From the NCBI GenBank assembly GCA_963846575.1, contig CAWJWJ010000001.1, positions 640,001 to 704,000 of the forward strand: 64,000 nucleotides of DNA, in the 5' to 3' direction. This stretch comes from an uncultured Nitrospiraceae bacterium (GTDB taxonomy: Bacteria; Nitrospirota; Nitrospiria; Nitrospirales; Nitrospiraceae). Below the pieces are notes generated by a model. The model ran no database searches. It was given only the letters and a program-made list of their open reading frames with translations, and was not told the DNA's origin. Below are positions 1 through 9,487 of this stretch, one piece after another. The translations under genes were made by a program, and so were the position numbers. How positions within the stretch are numbered: position 1 is the stretch's first letter; each line of letters opens with the position of its first letter.

Positions 1-448
1 GAGTCAACTGAAGAGATCCCGCTGTCGGCTTTCGCCTGGCACGCGCCGCCCGCTCCAGACCAAAGTATTGTGCAAAACGCGTGGCCGACCGGCCGACAAT
101 CAACACATGTGCGGTTTTCTCCATGACGAGGCGTGCAGCGGTAATGGGATGGACGATGCCCTCAATGGACGCCACGGCCCCTGCGCGTAACCGGAGGCCT
201 TCCATGATTGACGCATCCATGCGACGGACGCCGTCAAGTTGGTGGTTCGCACCTCGCCCCGCATTGAACAATCCCGACCCTTCCAGCACCCGAATGGCCT
301 CCTCGACGACGCCCAGGGCCGGGGTGCCGGCCAGGAGTAATCGATGGCCCTCGGCCAGCGCAGATTCGAGGCAGGCCGCTTGCGCAGCGGTCATGGCGCG
401 GCATCCCGCGCCACCGTGAATTAAAAGGATCGGTCGCGGTCGTTTCAA
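1..448 (-). CDS. Isoaspartyl peptidase/L-asparaginase (Ntn-hydrolase), runs off the window start
   Basis: Not in the ORF track. Manual minus-strand translation from TTG 448: LKRPRPILLIHGGAG...LFNAGRGAN...MDASIMEG..RAGAVA...HPITAARLVMEKTAHV, the plant-type asparaginase/IaaA motifs. The start overlaps the TGA of the upstream gene. Confidence 0.9.
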   Translation of the reverse strand, partial: MKRPRPILLIHGGAGCRAMTAAQAACLESALAEGHRLLLAGTPALGVVEEAIRVLEGSGLFNAGRGANHQLDGVRRMDASIMEGLRLRAGAVASIEGIVHPITAARLVMEKTAHVLIVGRSATRFAQYFGLERAARARRKPTAGSLQLT

Positions 449-1011
449 TTGAGCAAAAGATCTTTAATGGGTCGGTAGGCGGGATCTTGCATGCGGTCCA
501 GGTCGGACCGGACGAATCCGAGTCCGGTCACACAGAGCTCAAAGTTTTCCGACAATTTCCGGAACAGCGGAGAATCCTGTTCAGGGTCGTAGTCGCCATA
601 TTCGGCCACCAATCCGTATGAGCGCTTCCCCGTCTTCATGTAGTCCACCAGAAAGTCCTGGTGGTAAATCAGACCCGCCGTCTTGAGGCGGCGAAGATAC
701 TCCGGGAACAATCCGGTCATGAAGAGCGTGAAATCACCGATGTGGCGATGGACTTCGCGCTCCCGGTCAAATGATTGGGCTTCCAGGAGCACTTCGGATT
801 CGAATAACATCTCGACCACTGAATCGAGGGCACGGCCTTGTTTGTTCTGAATTTTATAGAGCTGGTCGGTGTGGGCGAATTCGACGAGGAGGTTGGAAAC
901 GTATTCGGTGACGTTGAGATCCGGCCACCCGAGGTGTTCGGTAAAACTCTTTTCTGTCAATGCGCCAAAAAGTTGGCGGAGTGGATGGCTACGAGAAACG
1001 GGACTTCCCAT
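445..1011 (-). CDS. Conserved hypothetical protein
   Basis: 188 aa ORF with protein-like composition (RHIGDFTLFMTGLFPE) and GGAGG upstream; translationally coupled to the asparaginase. Confidence 0.8.
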   Translation of the reverse strand: MGSPVSRSHPLRQLFGALTEKSFTEHLGWPDLNVTEYVSNLLVEFAHTDQLYKIQNKQGRALDSVVEMLFESEVLLEAQSFDREREVHRHIGDFTLFMTGLFPEYLRRLKTAGLIYHQDFLVDYMKTGKRSYGLVAEYGDYDPEQDSPLFRKLSENFELCVTGLGFVRSDLDRMQDPAYRPIKDLLLN

Positions 1012-1108
1012 CTCGACCTCCCGGGCAATCCGTGCCCCTTGAAAATAGTATAACAGACCATTGATGTCTCGATCGCCACTACTCCCTTATCATTATCGGC
1101 GGACCGTA

Positions 1109-1579
1109 TCAAAACTTAACGTCTGGCGACTGGGATGGACGCCGGCTATCCAGCAAGAACGTGACCGGCCCGTCGTTGACCAGTTCCACCTGCATGTGCG
1201 CTCCGAACACACCCGTCTCCACGCGCAACCCCGCCGCCCGGAGGCGCTTCACAGCTTCCTCATACCATGCACGTGCTTCGTCCGCGGGAGCAGCTAGGTC
1301 AAACCCTGGCCGCCGACCTTTGGCCGTATCACCGAGAAGCGTGAACTGCGAGACCAGCAGGAGCGCCCCCTCGACTTCGCCCAGTGCACGATTCATCTTC
1401 CCCTCGTTATCTCCAAAAATGCGAAGCGTCTGGATTTTTTCGATGACGGAGAGAAGATCGCGTTCCCCGTCGCCTTTGGCCACGCCCAGGAGAACCAGAA
1501 GGCCCGTGCCGATCTGGCCCACCACCTGACCATTCACCGTTACCGTAGCACGGGTGACGCGTTGGATGACCGCCCTCAT
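1109..1579 (-). CDS. dtd: D-aminoacyl-tRNA deacylase
   Basis: [21 protein letters not shown] and NDGPVT motifs. Confidence 0.97.
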   Translation of the reverse strand: MRAVIQRVTRATVTVNGQVVGQIGTGLLVLLGVAKGDGERDLLSVIEKIQTLRIFGDNEGKMNRALGEVEGALLLVSQFTLLGDTAKGRRPGFDLAAPADEARAWYEEAVKRLRAAGLRVETGVFGAHMQVELVNDGPVTFLLDSRRPSQSPDVKF

Positions 1580-1617
1580 GAAATCTGATTCCTTGCTCCT
1601 TGACCGCCAGCCACTGG

Positions 1618-2128
1618 TTACTGGGCATTGCGCAATTGTGTCAGCGTTCCCTCCAGTCTGAGGAGGCGGCGTTTAACCGGCAAGCCGCAGGAAAAGCCGC
1701 CCAGCGACCCATCCTGCGCAATGATCCGATGACAAGGCACGACCACTGGCACCGGATTGGCGCCGAGCGCCATACCGACCGCCCTGGCATACTGCTTCCC
1801 TCCCACGCGGATGGCCACCCACTGATAGGATCGGACGCGGCCATAAGGAATACGGGTGATCGCTTTCCAGACCCGTCGCTGGAACGGGGTGCCTGCCGAA
1901 TAGTCCAGAGGGAGAGGAAAAATCTCGACGTGAGCCCGTAAAGTAGGCCAGGAGTTGCGTTCGAGCCTCCAACAGCAAGGCGGCGACCGTGGCATTTTCC
2001 CCAACCTGCGGTCTCTGCGAAATCATTCTTCGAGTCGTGGGCGACAGGTCGATAGAAGTGATGCCCTTTGGGGAAGCCGCAATCTCCACCCATCCATGAG
2101 GCGTCTCGAACATCGTTGTGTGCGTCAT
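1618..2128 (-). pseudogene. ogt: Methylated-DNA--protein-cysteine methyltransferase, split by a +1 frameshift
   Basis: The N-half (MTHTTMFETPHGW...QLLAYFTGSRRDF) is in the 1673..2164 frame. The C-half (LPLDYSAGTPFQRRVW..IPYG..ARAVG..NPVPVVVPCHRII) is in the 1618..2004 frame. The shift is at the A5 run 1918-1922. Confidence 0.88.
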
Positions 2129-2129
2129 A

Positions 2130-3758
2130 TCACGCCCTTCCGGATCTCCGTGCCATCCGTCCAAATTTTCGCCGCACCATTCCCAGCACCACGTCCAGTT
2201 CCTCCGACCCTAGCGCGACATGGACCCCGAGATATCCGACGATGCTGATCCCGATCCCAACAATCAGCACCGCGGACTTCATCATCCATTCACCATCCTG
2301 CGTCCATATCGAGGCGTCCGCTACCCACAAACACAGGAGAACGACCGGCATACAGGCCGTCAGGACACGGAGCGCGGACCTCCCGATGGACCCCCACTCG
2401 ATGCGCCCCAGCCGCCGATGCAGCACTCCGATGAGAATGGTGCCATTGAGCATGGAAGACAAAGCCGTCGCCAGGGCCAACCCCGCAGCGTTCAGGAACG
2501 TCATTAACCACAGCGACAAGAGTACATTGGCCGCAACCGCGATTCCTGCCGTCACAGCCGGGGTCCTGGTGTCCTGCAAGGAATAAAACGCGGAGACCAC
2601 GATGCGCACACCGGCAAACGCCCACAATCCTACCGCATAACATAACACCGCGGTCGCCGTCGCCAGCGTATCGGCTTTCGTAAACGACCCATGCTCGAAA
2701 AAAAGATGCACGATCGGCTGCCGCAGCAGGATCAGACCCACCATTGCCGGCAAGATGATGAAGAAGATCATCCGGAGCCCGAACCCCACCGTCGTCCGCA
2801 ACTCATCGAGCGCCCCCCGGGCAGCCTGAGCGGAGAGGGTGGGCAGGATCGCCGTCGCAAGCGCCACCCCGAAAATGCCGAGCGGAAACTGGATCAATCG
2901 CATGCCGTAAAACAGGTAGGTCGGTCCTCCGGAAAAATATGAGGCGAGAATGGTGCTGACGGTAATATTGATCTGCGTGACCGACAGCCCCAGCAGCGAA
3001 GGGATCATGAGTCGGCCGATCCGCTTGACCCCCGGGTGCGCGGGATGAAACTTCAGGCCGAACAACATCCCTCGCCCTTTCAGCCCCGGGAGCTGCATCG
3101 TGAACTGTGCGGCGCCCCCCACCACGATGCCGATGGCCACGCCGATGATGGGCTCGGGCAGCATGGGTGAGAGGAGCAACGCGCAGGCGATGGTGAAGAT
3201 ATTAAAAAATACGGGCGAGAAGGCCGGTGCCGCAAAGGCGCGCAGCGAGTTCAAGATCCCCATAGCCAGAGCCGCCAGGCTAATAAACAAGAGATAGGGG
3301 AACATCACGCGGGTCAACAGCGTCGTCAGCGCCAGCTTGTCAGGATTGTCGTGAAACCCCGGCGCAAGTAACCACACGATCCCCGGCGCCGCCAGAACGC
3401 CGATCACGGTCACCGCGGTCACGATCGTAAGGAGTGTGGTGAACGTGGCACTGGCCAACTCCCACGCATCCCGTTTCGTTTTGAGCGTGTGATACTCGGT
3501 GAAGACCGGAATGAAGGCTGCGGACATCGAGCCTTCGGCAAACAGTTCCCGCAACAGGTTGGGAATGCGATACGCGACAAAAAACGCATCGGCCGCCGGA
3601 GTTGCCCCAAAGAGCCTGGCCAGCACCATGTCACGGACAAAGCCGAGAATCCGGCTGGAAAACGTGGCGACCCCGATGAGACCAGCTGCCTTGACGACGG
3701 AGTGCGTTTCGTCGGGGATCGATCGAGATGGTTCGACGGAGGCGGTGGGCTCGGACAT
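2130..3758 (-). CDS. murJ: Lipid II flippase MurJ (MviN)
   Basis: SRILGFVRD, ADAFFVAYRIPNLLRELFAEG and multiple TM segments; start set at MSEPT. Confidence 0.96.
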   Translation of the reverse strand: MSEPTASVEPSRSIPDETHSVVKAAGLIGVATFSSRILGFVRDMVLARLFGATPAADAFFVAYRIPNLLRELFAEGSMSAAFIPVFTEYHTLKTKRDAWELASATFTTLLTIVTAVTVIGVLAAPGIVWLLAPGFHDNPDKLALTTLLTRVMFPYLLFISLAALAMGILNSLRAFAAPAFSPVFFNIFTIACALLLSPMLPEPIIGVAIGIVVGGAAQFTMQLPGLKGRGMLFGLKFHPAHPGVKRIGRLMIPSLLGLSVTQINITVSTILASYFSGGPTYLFYGMRLIQFPLGIFGVALATAILPTLSAQAARGALDELRTTVGFGLRMIFFIILPAMVGLILLRQPIVHLFFEHGSFTKADTLATATAVLCYAVGLWAFAGVRIVVSAFYSLQDTRTPAVTAGIAVAANVLLSLWLMTFLNAAGLALATALSSMLNGTILIGVLHRRLGRIEWGSIGRSALRVLTACMPVVLLCLWVADASIWTQDGEWMMKSAVLIVGIGISIVGYLGVHVALGSEELDVVLGMVRRKFGRMARRSGRA

Positions 3759-3816
3759 TATCGCCGATTGTAGCGAAACCGAGCGAGGCCGTCCATGGTC
3801 CAGCAAGAACGAGCCA

Positions 3817-4479
3817 TCATACGTCCTGAATGACTTCGTTCGACAGTTCATTGGGGTTGTCGCCCTTCCCTGCAGGGCAGGCACGCGCAAGAATGACTCC
3901 GCTCGCTGCGATGCCAGCGCAGAGTCCACCAACAAGATCGTCGGCCTTAAGACGCTCGACCATCATTGCAACGACTTCCTGCCACTGAGCGTCCGACACC
4001 CGGCCGATCAGAGATTTGTCCGCGAGCACATACACCTGTCGTTCCAGAAGCGAGACCATGATCAACAACCCGGTTTGCCGCCTGGTTTGGCCGATGCCAT
4101 GGTGGGCAAAGGCCAGTTCAGCGCGCATGTGGACTTTCCGGCTCATTCTCCCGCGGGAAGTGAGGAACCGGATGAGAACAGGCCAGGTCCCGATCCAGGC
4201 GCCAAAGCCATATCCCAGCGTCGTCGCGGCCAGCAGCCCCAAACCATTCGCCGCATGCCATCCCCATGGAAGCCAGGCGGTTTCAGTCGTCAGTAAACCC
4301 GTTAATACCAGCAGGGCGGTGACGAGGCCGGCACGATGCTGCGCCTCACGATACAGCCCGGATTTCGCAACGACCATCGGCACAATCTCGGCGCAGGTCT
4401 GTCGCTCAGCCGCTTGCACCGCAGCTTCCACCCGCAGGCGCTCCTCCCGGGTGAGCGCCGCTCGTTTACCAATCGCCAC
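3817..4479 (-). CDS. TPM-domain membrane protein (second TPM gene of the lemA operon)
   Basis: AE.QT.AEIV, TRRQTGLLIMVSLLER.V.VLAD and DNPNEL.N motifs; GTG start is an estimate. Confidence 0.85.
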   Translation of the reverse strand: MAIGKRAALTREERLRVEAAVQAAERQTCAEIVPMVVAKSGLYREAQHRAGLVTALLVLTGLLTTETAWLPWGWHAANGLGLLAATTLGYGFGAWIGTWPVLIRFLTSRGRMSRKVHMRAELAFAHHGIGQTRRQTGLLIMVSLLERQVYVLADKSLIGRVSDAQWQEVVAMMVERLKADDLVGGLCAGIAASGVILARACPAGKGDNPNELSNEVIQDV

Positions 4480-5392
4480 TCGCGCCTCCTCCCCCGAAAT
4501 CACCACCGCCGCCCGAAAAGCTATCCGCTCCTCCGAACGACCCGCCGATCCCGCCCGATCCCCAGCCACCATGTTGCGTACTGAACCATGTCCCCTCAAG
4601 CGCGCTCCCGCCCGGCCGCCGTCCGGTTCCGGCGCCTTGCCTCAGGGCACTCAGCAGCGTGACCAAAGCCAGGCTCACACCTCCGGCAATCAACGCGGGC
4701 ACCACCCATGGTGCAGCGAGAAACGAGAGCCCCCCTCCGGCGATCGGCCCGAGCACGCGATGCAGGCGAGAGAGAAGGAGCCCGATGACCACTCCCAGAA
4801 TCACCGCGACCACGGTGTTGCTTAACGCGTCGCCCGATGAGGGGGATACAGAGGGACGCTCGGGGGCGCGATAAGTACCCTCAATGGTCTTTAGGATGGC
4901 CTGCACCCCGGCGGTGATACCTCCCGGCACATTGCCAGCCCGGAACCTCGGAACGATTTCGTTACGGATGATCTGCGCCGACCGCGCATCTGTCAGGACA
5001 CCCTCAAGCCCATATCCGACTTCAATGCGTATTTTTCGATCCTTGATCGCGACCAGAAGCAACGCTCCGTTGTCGGTTCCCTTGCGGCCCAAATGCCAGG
5101 TGGTCGCCACTTGATGCGACACGTCAAACAGCGGTTCTCCTTCCAGCGAGGGCAAAATGAGAACCGCCACCTGATTGGTGGTCTTCGCCTCATGCTCCTG
5201 GAGAATGGTCGACAACTCTTCGCGTACGGAAGCAGGAAGGACCTGCGCCGCATCAACGATGCGGCCAGTCAGCGGCGGAACGTCGAATGCCTCGGCTGGA
5301 GTGCTCAAGGCACACCCTAGCCAGATTACAGCGATGAGAAGCGCAGTCCCTGCCCGGAACATCAGCCGCATCGCCAGGTCCCTCACCCTCAT
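4466..5392 (-). CDS. TPM-domain (YgcG family) protein
   Basis: Signal peptide, DNGALLLVAIKDRKIRIEVGYGLEG, and Gly-rich tail GGGGDFGGGGASGDW. Confidence 0.92.
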   Translation of the reverse strand: MRVRDLAMRLMFRAGTALLIAVIWLGCALSTPAEAFDVPPLTGRIVDAAQVLPASVREELSTILQEHEAKTTNQVAVLILPSLEGEPLFDVSHQVATTWHLGRKGTDNGALLLVAIKDRKIRIEVGYGLEGVLTDARSAQIIRNEIVPRFRAGNVPGGITAGVQAILKTIEGTYRAPERPSVSPSSGDALSNTVVAVILGVVIGLLLSRLHRVLGPIAGGGLSFLAAPWVVPALIAGGVSLALVTLLSALRQGAGTGRRPGGSALEGTWFSTQHGGWGSGGIGGSFGGADSFSGGGGDFGGGGASGDW

Positions 5393-5402
5393 GATATGGA
5401 CA

Positions 5403-6005
5403 TTAGAATTGTACTTCCGGCGGCTTGGCCACCGACTTCTCGTCGGCTACCGTGAAGTTGGCTTTTTCTTCCAGATGCAGCAGAAACTTGGCAGTCAGAT
5501 TGGTGGGGAAATAGCGCACCATTTTATTAAACTCTGCCACCCGGTCGATGTACCGTTTGCGTGCCACCGCGATTCGATTTTCCGTGCCTTCCAGCTGGCT
5601 TTGAAGGTCACGAAAGTTCTGGTCAGCCTTTAGATTGGGGTAATTCTCCGCGATGGCCAACAACCTGCCCAACGCGCCGGAAAGCCCCTGTTGGGCTTCC
5701 TGAAATTTCTTGAACGCGGCCTCATCTCTCAGCAATTCCGGTGTCACGTGGACACTCGTCGCCGTCGACCGCGCCTGCACGACGTTTTCCAACGTCTCCT
5801 TCTCATGGGCGGCATAGCCCTTCACCGTATTCACCAGATTCGGAATCAAATCCGACCTCCGCTGATACTGGTTGATGACCTCACTCCACGCGGCCTTCGT
5901 ATCTTCGTCCAGACCCTGCAAATCGTTGTACCCGCACCCGGAGAAGGCCAATGCTCCTGTAAAAACCAGCATCGCCCCGATCAACCGCCTAACTGAACTG
6001 ACCAT
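5403..6005 (-). CDS. lemA: LemA family protein
   Basis: GCGYN, QYQRRSDLIPNLV, ENYPNLKAD and LEGTENRIAVAR motifs. Confidence 0.95.
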   Translation of the reverse strand: MVSSVRRLIGAMLVFTGALAFSGCGYNDLQGLDEDTKAAWSEVINQYQRRSDLIPNLVNTVKGYAAHEKETLENVVQARSTATSVHVTPELLRDEAAFKKFQEAQQGLSGALGRLLAIAENYPNLKADQNFRDLQSQLEGTENRIAVARKRYIDRVAEFNKMVRYFPTNLTAKFLLHLEEKANFTVADEKSVAKPPEVQF

Positions 6006-6177
6006 ACGTTCCTCCTTTACGCCACTTGTGATCGACGGCACCTGTTGAAGAGCTACGGGTGTTCATCGACCAAATCAATGCCCGTCTCCATGCGACCAGC
6101 GCGCGACGATATCGATTCGGATGCCGCCTTGGTATACTTGTGCTTCACTATCTGTTCATTCTGCAGATGGAGCACTC

Positions 6178-6483
6178 ATGGCACTCGATCGTTCCAGCGC
6201 CAACCCTGGTGGGTTTCAGGTCCGACACCGCGCCTTGGGTGTCTTCCAAGGAAGTTCGATCGGGCTAGCTTTTTGGCACCCCTCCTCCCACATGCCGGAG
6301 TATGGACTCTGCCGGTTTGCCACGGAAGCAAAGGCCCAGGACTATGTCGACTTCCTCTCTTCACCCGGCTGTCCTGAGCCGTTAGACCGCGCAGACCTGA
6401 TCGTGGAAGCGTTCGACCATCTCGAACACGAACGGCTGACGACAGAATACCCTCAAGCATCGGCCTGGGAAACACCACTGTAG
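6178..6483 (+). CDS. Hypothetical protein
   Basis: GGAG Shine-Dalgarno before ATG 6178; 101 aa ORF fills the gap divergent from lemA. Confidence 0.6.
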   Translation: MALDRSSANPGGFQVRHRALGVFQGSSIGLAFWHPSSHMPEYGLCRFATEAKAQDYVDFLSSPGCPEPLDRADLIVEAFDHLEHERLTTEYPQASAWETPL

Positions 6484-6618
6484 CAGAATGCCCCTCATCG
6501 CTCCCACTCGCCACTGCGGGGGTTACGCTCAGTTCGCCCGGCTCGCTCTATTCCATGGTCTGTGAGGAGGCGCGTGAGATGACGAGCGCGACAAAGTGAA
6601 TGATATGTATGGGCGGAT

Positions 6619-7119
6619 TTATGGGGAAGAAGGAAGGCCGGAAGATTCGGCCTGGGCATGCACGAATGCCAAAAGGCGCTTATTTTCCTGGGCTGCCCTC
6701 AGAAATTTAAACGCAATTCCACGGGAGCTTATGGACCGGACCATTGCCGCCACTTCCAGGGGCGCCTGCTCATCTTCCAGCGCAATCTGCAGATAGAATA
6801 TGTCGTCGACATGCACCGAGGCTTGACTCGCTATGATGCACCCGCCCATCGAGATGTCCAGAACCGTTCCTTCTCCCCGCACTTTCCCCCCAGAGAAGGA
6901 TAAGAACAAGCGCACAGGGATGCGCAGATGTTCGCGACGCTCTATCACCCCCGTTGGATAGAGTTTGCCCCACCTGGAAGCTGGAAATCGAAAACTGCAG
7001 GATTGACAGTGGAAGGGCGAAATGTACGCGAGTGACCGGAGACGCTCCAGGAAGGTATGACATCGCGAACGGAGCACCTTATCCTGTCCGCATTGTGGGC
7101 AGATCATTGGCTGGGGCAT
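6619..7119 (-). CDS. PilZ-domain protein with N-terminal zinc ribbon
   Basis: CPQC...CQSC followed by ERREHLR (RxxxR) and DISMGG (DxSxxG) c-di-GMP motifs; start uncertain. Confidence 0.88.
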   Translation of the reverse strand: MPQPMICPQCGQDKVLRSRCHTFLERLRSLAYISPFHCQSCSFRFPASRWGKLYPTGVIERREHLRIPVRLFLSFSGGKVRGEGTVLDISMGGCIIASQASVHVDDIFYLQIALEDEQAPLEVAAMVRSISSRGIAFKFLRAAQENKRLLAFVHAQAESSGLPSSP

Positions 7120-7759
7120 CGTCACCGTTCGCCACTTCTCATGGCCGCTGTTTAAAACATCCTCATCCACGGGCAACCGGGAACGGTCTAGCCAACACCC
7201 TACATAGCCAGAGCCTTCATCAATGCAGCACGACTCAGCTCTGGGTTTCGACTTTGCACGAGCCGGCCTTAAGTGAGGGGCACAAGACTCAGCAGTGGCA
7301 TCGCACCATTCAATCGATAAAGGATGACGAATGTTCTGTCAAGAAACTCGACGGTTCTGCGCGGTAGCATGTTGGATCACACTTCCATTCTATTTTCCCC
7401 ACTAGCGGACGAGCTTGGATGGGCTGACTCTCGTTCTTCGCGCCACACCCAACAATTCAGACTCAAGCCCAGACTGCGGAGGGCTCGGACCGGGGTGTTC
7501 ATTCATCAAGTCGGGAGCAACGATTCGTCATAGAGCACATGATCCATACAGTTCCTGCAGCGATTTTTGACAGAACTAGCCACGCCCTTTCTATATTTGT
7601 CCAATCTCCTACACCGAACCCACCGATATTGCGGATGTAATAGGATTAGATTGTTTTAACGTCGCACTAACACCCCTCTAATCTCCCATTGTTATCCTCC
7701 TCCCTACATGGGCACCGCCCTCTGAGCAATGAGGGCACAATCCTAAGGAGGTAGCAGCC

Positions 7760-7939
7760 ATGACATGCGGACGATGCCAAGGATTAATGGTCGACGAATG
7801 GCGGCCAGATTTTTCCCCGGAGACGTTTGTGTGGCGGTGCATCAATTGTGGATCGATCGTAGATCCACTAATCGAACAGAATCGGCGAACGCGTCTGGCC
7901 GAGCAGTTATTTGTAGAACCAGTGGAAGTGTTGAATTGA
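7760..7939 (+). CDS. Small zinc-finger protein (59 aa, CxxC...CxxC)
   Basis: Not in the ORF track. AAGGAGGT SD, then MTCGRCQGLMVDEWRPDFSPETFVWRCINCGSIVDPLIEQNRRTRLAEQLFVEPVEVLN*. Confidence 0.85.
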   Translation: MTCGRCQGLMVDEWRPDFSPETFVWRCINCGSIVDPLIEQNRRTRLAEQLFVEPVEVLN

Positions 7940-7944
7940 ATTGT

Positions 7945-7979
7945 CCAGCCGCGGAGCCGCCGACAGGATCCGCGGCTGG
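7945..7979. terminator. Stem-loop between convergent genes
   Basis: 11-bp perfect inverted repeat CCAGCCGCGGA/TCCGCGGCTGG between the stops of the Zn-finger gene and xth; no long U tract. Confidence 0.55.
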
Positions 7980-7986
7980 CACAAAG

Positions 7987-8760
7987 CTATATGGCGAATT
8001 CGGCCCAAAGCACGGTGTGGTCGGAGGGGTCAGCCGCGCGGCGCGGCTCCAAATCAACCTCTACGCGCTGACACTTTTGTGCCAGTGAGTTCGTGGCAAG
8101 TATGTGGTCGATGCGCCACCCTTTATTAGCAGCGAGCGCACTCGGTGCACGATAGTCGAAGAACGTGAACTGCTGGCGATCTGGATACAGTTTGCAGAAA
8201 ACATCTTCGAAGCCCCACGCAATCGTCTTCCCATAGGCATTGCGCGCGTCTTCGTGATAGCAGACATGTTTCAGATGTTTCTCCGGGCTGTGGACATCAA
8301 TGGGTCTTGGGGCCACATTCATGTCTCCACACCAGATCGCCGGCTCCTTCGGAGAGAGATGGGCCTCAAAATGCCTACGCAAGCGATCATACCAGGCCAG
8401 CTTATATTGGTATTTGGGTGAATCAATCTCAAACCCCTGCGGGACGTAGGTATTGACGATGGGAATCCCCTGAATCACAACCCGCAAGAGCCTGGCGTCT
8501 TCCAGATCACCGCCGTCATCAAACCCATACGATACCGCCTCCGGCTTCGTACGGCTAAGTACCGCAACCCCATTGTATGATTTCATCCCCCGGAACGTAA
8601 TCTCGTATCCCGAAACAGCGAGACCGGCGAGAGGGAATTCGCTGTCCTGGACTTTGGTTTCCTGCAAACAGAGAACATCAGGTCGATGGCGCTCCAGCCA
8701 ATTCAGCACGGTGGGAAGGCGCTTGCGGAGTGAGTTAACATTAAAGGTCGCGATTTTCAT
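7987..8760 (-). CDS. xth: Exodeoxyribonuclease III
   Basis: MKIATFNVNS, LQETK, YNGVA, GDMNVA, GWRIDH and SDH motifs. Confidence 0.96.
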   Translation of the reverse strand: MKIATFNVNSLRKRLPTVLNWLERHRPDVLCLQETKVQDSEFPLAGLAVSGYEITFRGMKSYNGVAVLSRTKPEAVSYGFDDGGDLEDARLLRVVIQGIPIVNTYVPQGFEIDSPKYQYKLAWYDRLRRHFEAHLSPKEPAIWCGDMNVAPRPIDVHSPEKHLKHVCYHEDARNAYGKTIAWGFEDVFCKLYPDRQQFTFFDYRAPSALAANKGWRIDHILATNSLAQKCQRVEVDLEPRRAADPSDHTVLWAEFAI

Positions 8761-8898
8761 AGTCGGCAATACTACCAGAGCGTCCTCGTCGCAACAACCA
8801 CGCTCCATACCGATCACGGCCCGTAATCGGAATTATCCGATTACGGGCCGTGTGTATCGAACCTGGCAACATGATCCCCGCCGTCGCGTGAGTGGGGC

Positions 8899-9303
8899 TT
8901 AGTTCCGCATCGCATCCTTCATATCTTTATTCATCCCGTCGGCTTCCTGCACGGTGTCCGCGGCGGCACCCTTCAACTGTGCAGCTTTTGCACGGGCCGC
9001 CTCTTTTTTGGCTTTCGTCTTGGCCTTCACCTGTGCATGCTTAGCCTTCATCGCGGCTTTGGCTTGCTTCTTCTTTGCGTTGGCCTCGTCCGCCATCGCC
9101 TTCATTCCGTTTCCTGCCGACTCTTTCTTAACCGTAAGATCGTTCGTTAGCTCGCTTTTCCGGGCATTCAAATCATCGGACACGTTGCCCATGTCCTGCT
9201 TCAACTCATCCGAGAGTTTGCCAAGCCCCATGCCGTCGGCTAGAGCGAATGAACTCATGCCCACCCATGCAACCATGCTCAGAACAGCGAAGAACCTTCT
9301 CAT
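8899..9303 (-). CDS. Secreted Lys/Ala-rich hypothetical protein
   Basis: GGAGG SD; signal peptide ending in ALA; low-complexity helical body. Confidence 0.75.
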   Translation of the reverse strand: MRRFFAVLSMVAWVGMSSFALADGMGLGKLSDELKQDMGNVSDDLNARKSELTNDLTVKKESAGNGMKAMADEANAKKKQAKAAMKAKHAQVKAKTKAKKEAARAKAAQLKGAAADTVQEADGMNKDMKDAMRN

Positions 9304-9487
9304 CAACCACCCTCCCTTGTAAGTAAGATACGGCAATCGGCTCCATGCCGAAACGACGGTATGCAACACCCATCCATACGCCGAGAGGGGACATTTGCCA
9401 ATAGTTTTGCGATTTTTTTGCCGGCATGAACACCGGCGAGATGCTCGGGATTCCAGGCGTTCTCACAACCGGAACCAATGCGGGAGG

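Noticed and set aside
7708..7728. Sigma54 promoter (GGGCAC) upstream of the Zn-finger microprotein
   Set aside because: GG-N10-GC spacing is not met.
7765..8088. 107 aa ORF from the track
   Set aside because: Out of frame with the SD-supported 7760-7939 ORF and overlaps xth.
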